Made by a program: the position numbers and the translations under genes
In this document: positions 52,990 through 54,534 of the stretch, one piece after another
How positions within the stretch are numbered: the stretch's first letter is position 1
How the letters are laid out: each line of letters starts with the position of its first letter
Source of the DNA: Gaiellaceae bacterium
GTDB lineage: Bacteria; Actinomycetota; Thermoleophilia; Gaiellales; Gaiellaceae
DNA: 54,534 nucleotides
Reading direction: 5' to 3'
Assembly: GCA_049273785.1 (NCBI GenBank)
Contig: JBASRJ010000114.1
Coordinates: 1 to 54,534 of the forward strand
Notes under the pieces: model-generated
Seen by the model: only the letters and a program-made list of their open reading frames with translations
What the model was told of the DNA's origin: nothing
The model's database searches: none

Positions 52990-53466
52990 TCAGCTGTTCA
53001 CTACGAGCGAAACGGAGACGAGCGTCACGCGTTGTTTCCCGCCGATCCAGAACATCGTGAAGCGACTGAGCGGCTTGTCGCGATTGCCGACACCGCAGTA
53101 CCGGCGGCCGCCCTCCTGCCAGCAGCGTGCACCCGGGAGCCTCGCCACGGCCGAGATCGGCGAGCCGATCCCCACGCCCGAGGCCGTCCGTTCGCCCGGT
53201 CGCGTGGTCGTCACCCTGACGACGATCGGCCTACTCCCGAGCGCTTGGAGATCGACGTCGACCAGCCGATAGTGCATCCGCGTGACGACGGAACCGAGCG
53301 CACCTCGCGTGTGAGTGACGCTCAGAGGCGCGCCGAGCCTCGCGCGTACTTGCGCCTCGCTCATCCGCAGAGAAACCCCAGCCATACCGCGGCCGGGAAC
53401 GATCGTCCCCGACGCCGGAACGGCGATCGAGGCGACAGCCGCCACGGCGGCGATCGTCGTTGTCAA
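52990..53466 (-). CDS. Hypothetical secreted protein
   Basis: N-terminal signal-like MTTTIAAVAAVASIAVPASG, coding-type GC3, and no recognised domain. Confidence 0.55.
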   Translation of the reverse strand: MTTTIAAVAAVASIAVPASGTIVPGRGMAGVSLRMSEAQVRARLGAPLSVTHTRGALGSVVTRMHYRLVDVDLQALGSRPIVVRVTTTRPGERTASGVGIGSPISAVARLPGARCWQEGGRRYCGVGNRDKPLSRFTMFWIGGKQRVTLVSVSLVVNS

Positions 53467-53482
53467 CCGACCTATCCGAGTG

Positions 53483-53905
53483 CTAGACGCGCTCCCGCTC
53501 CCGCTGGGCGTTCTCGTACAGCTTGCGGGCCGTCGAGGCGAGGATCTCCCAGGCGATCTCCCCGTTCCGCTCGACGAGCGACCGGAAGTCCCAGGATGTC
53601 ATTCCGAAGCAGCGCATCTGCGTCTCCGCGGTGATGGTTGCCGCTCGCGGCGTCTCGGCGATCAGCGCGATCTCGCCGAAGTGATCGCCGGGGCCGAGTT
53701 TCCCGACTTCCTCTCCGTTCATCGTCACGCTCGCCCCACCCTCCTCGATCACGTAGAAGCCGACGCTGATCTCGCCCTCCCTGGTGATCTCCTCCCCCGC
53801 GGCGAACGTCCGCTCGGCCATCGCCTCGGCGATCCGCTTCAACTGTTTGTCCTTCAGGCCCGAGAAGAGCGCGACTCGCTGCAGGACGTCGGTGTTGGCG
53901 CCCAT
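53483..53905 (-). CDS. Standalone cyclic-nucleotide-binding domain protein
   Basis: GEEITREGEISVGFYVIEEGGASV...GDHFGEIALI...PRAATITA; 140 aa. Confidence 0.85.
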   Translation of the reverse strand: MGANTDVLQRVALFSGLKDKQLKRIAEAMAERTFAAGEEITREGEISVGFYVIEEGGASVTMNGEEVGKLGPGDHFGEIALIAETPRAATITAETQMRCFGMTSWDFRSLVERNGEIAWEILASTARKLYENAQRERERV

Positions 53906-53922
53906 CGGGCCAGTCTATGGCC

Positions 53923-54534
53923 TCATGCGCGCAGGAACGCGAGTCGCCCGACGCGCGCCGGGTGTTCCGCGACGCGCATGCCGCCGATTGCGCCGCGCAC
54001 GTTCAGGGCGGTCACGAGGTACCGCCAGCGGGCACGCGCCTGCCGGCGCGAGCGGGGATCGGCGATGAAGATGAGCCGGAGCTCGCCGCCCGAGCAGAGA
54101 GCGGTCACGTCGTAGCTCGAGCGCCGGCGGCCGCTGCGCAGATCGCGTGCGAACACCACCGCATCGAGCAGGATCGTCCGCAGCTCGGAGGCCGGCAGCG
54201 TTGCGAGCTTCGCCGGCACCGGCTCGTCGGGTGAGTACACGACACCGTTCGGCGCGAGCTGCTCGAACGTGCGGCGGGCAGCCTCCACGTCGACGGGGAA
54301 GATCGGCGTCAGTAGGTGCGGACTTGCGTAGCCGACGAGCTCGTCGCGCCCGACCGCGAGCAGCGCCTCCTCTCCCGTCGCGCAGTCTCGCGTCGAGATC
54401 TCGGCGATCAGGCCGCCACTGGAGCGCTGAAGCCAGTCGGCGGTCACGCGATGCGAGTCTCCGACCGGCTCGAACCAGACGAGCCGGTCCGGGCCGATCC
54501 AGGCGGCGGCGCCCGACTCGCCGAGCCGCCGCGC
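53923..54534 (-). CDS. Hypothetical protein, N-terminus probably beyond the window end
   Basis: The frame stays open from 54447 to 54534 with no stop. No recognised motif. Confidence 0.45.
   Translation of the reverse strand, partial: ARRLGESGAAAWIGPDRLVWFEPVGDSHRVTADWLQRSSGGLIAEISTRDCATGEEALLAVGRDELVGYASPHLLTPIFPVDVEAARRTFEQLAPNGVVYSPDEPVPAKLATLPASELRTILLDAVVFARDLRSGRRRSSYDVTALCSGGELRLIFIADPRSRRQARARWRYLVTALNVRGAIGGMRVAEHPARVGRLAFLRA

Overview
This 54.5-kb window is visibly GC-rich with strong GC3 bias. It looks like a high-GC Gram-positive (Actinomycetota-like) chromosome, but taxonomy cannot be fixed from the sequence alone. I support about 60 genes. No CRISPR array, rRNA, integrase or transposase was seen.

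The dominant feature is a roughly 31-kb biosynthetic supercluster at about 9970-40601. Its core is a minus-strand operon of discrete type II FAS/PKS-like enzymes joined mostly by 4-nt start/stop overlaps: KR, an extended ACP, AcpS, a hotdog dehydratase, a canonical KS, a second hotdog dehydratase, a Cys-less KS, a fused KS-CLF protein and a CrtI-like oxidoreductase. Around it sits a very dense oxidative and tailoring set:
- four paralogous P450s
- a Rieske ferredoxin
- three FAD monooxygenases
- a second CrtI-like enzyme
- a carotenoid-cleavage-type dioxygenase
- a KASIII-like protein that has lost its whole catalytic triad
- six NTF2/SnoaL-like proteins
- MMPL and MFS exporters

A malonyl-CoA supply block lies immediately upstream: a fused AccD-AccA, AccB, AccC and FabD. 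I read the whole region as a candidate undescribed pathway for a highly reduced or polyene-type lipid that is heavily oxygenated, possibly cyclised or cleaved, and then exported.

Other notable observations:
- an in-frame TAG inside accC at a conserved Glu codon
- two further frameshifted genes (a BNR-repeat protein and a cupin)
- a truncated O-methyltransferase remnant
- a shared bipartite promoter-like motif in front of two P450 genes, with leaderless-looking operon starts
- a tRNA(CAU) with a degenerate tRNA 3' copy about 600 bp away
- a standalone protein with two tandem MshEN-type (c-di-GMP-binding) domains
- several standalone cNMP-binding proteins next to metallophosphoesterases

All functional calls come from motif recognition by eye in the supplied translations. 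No database search was run.
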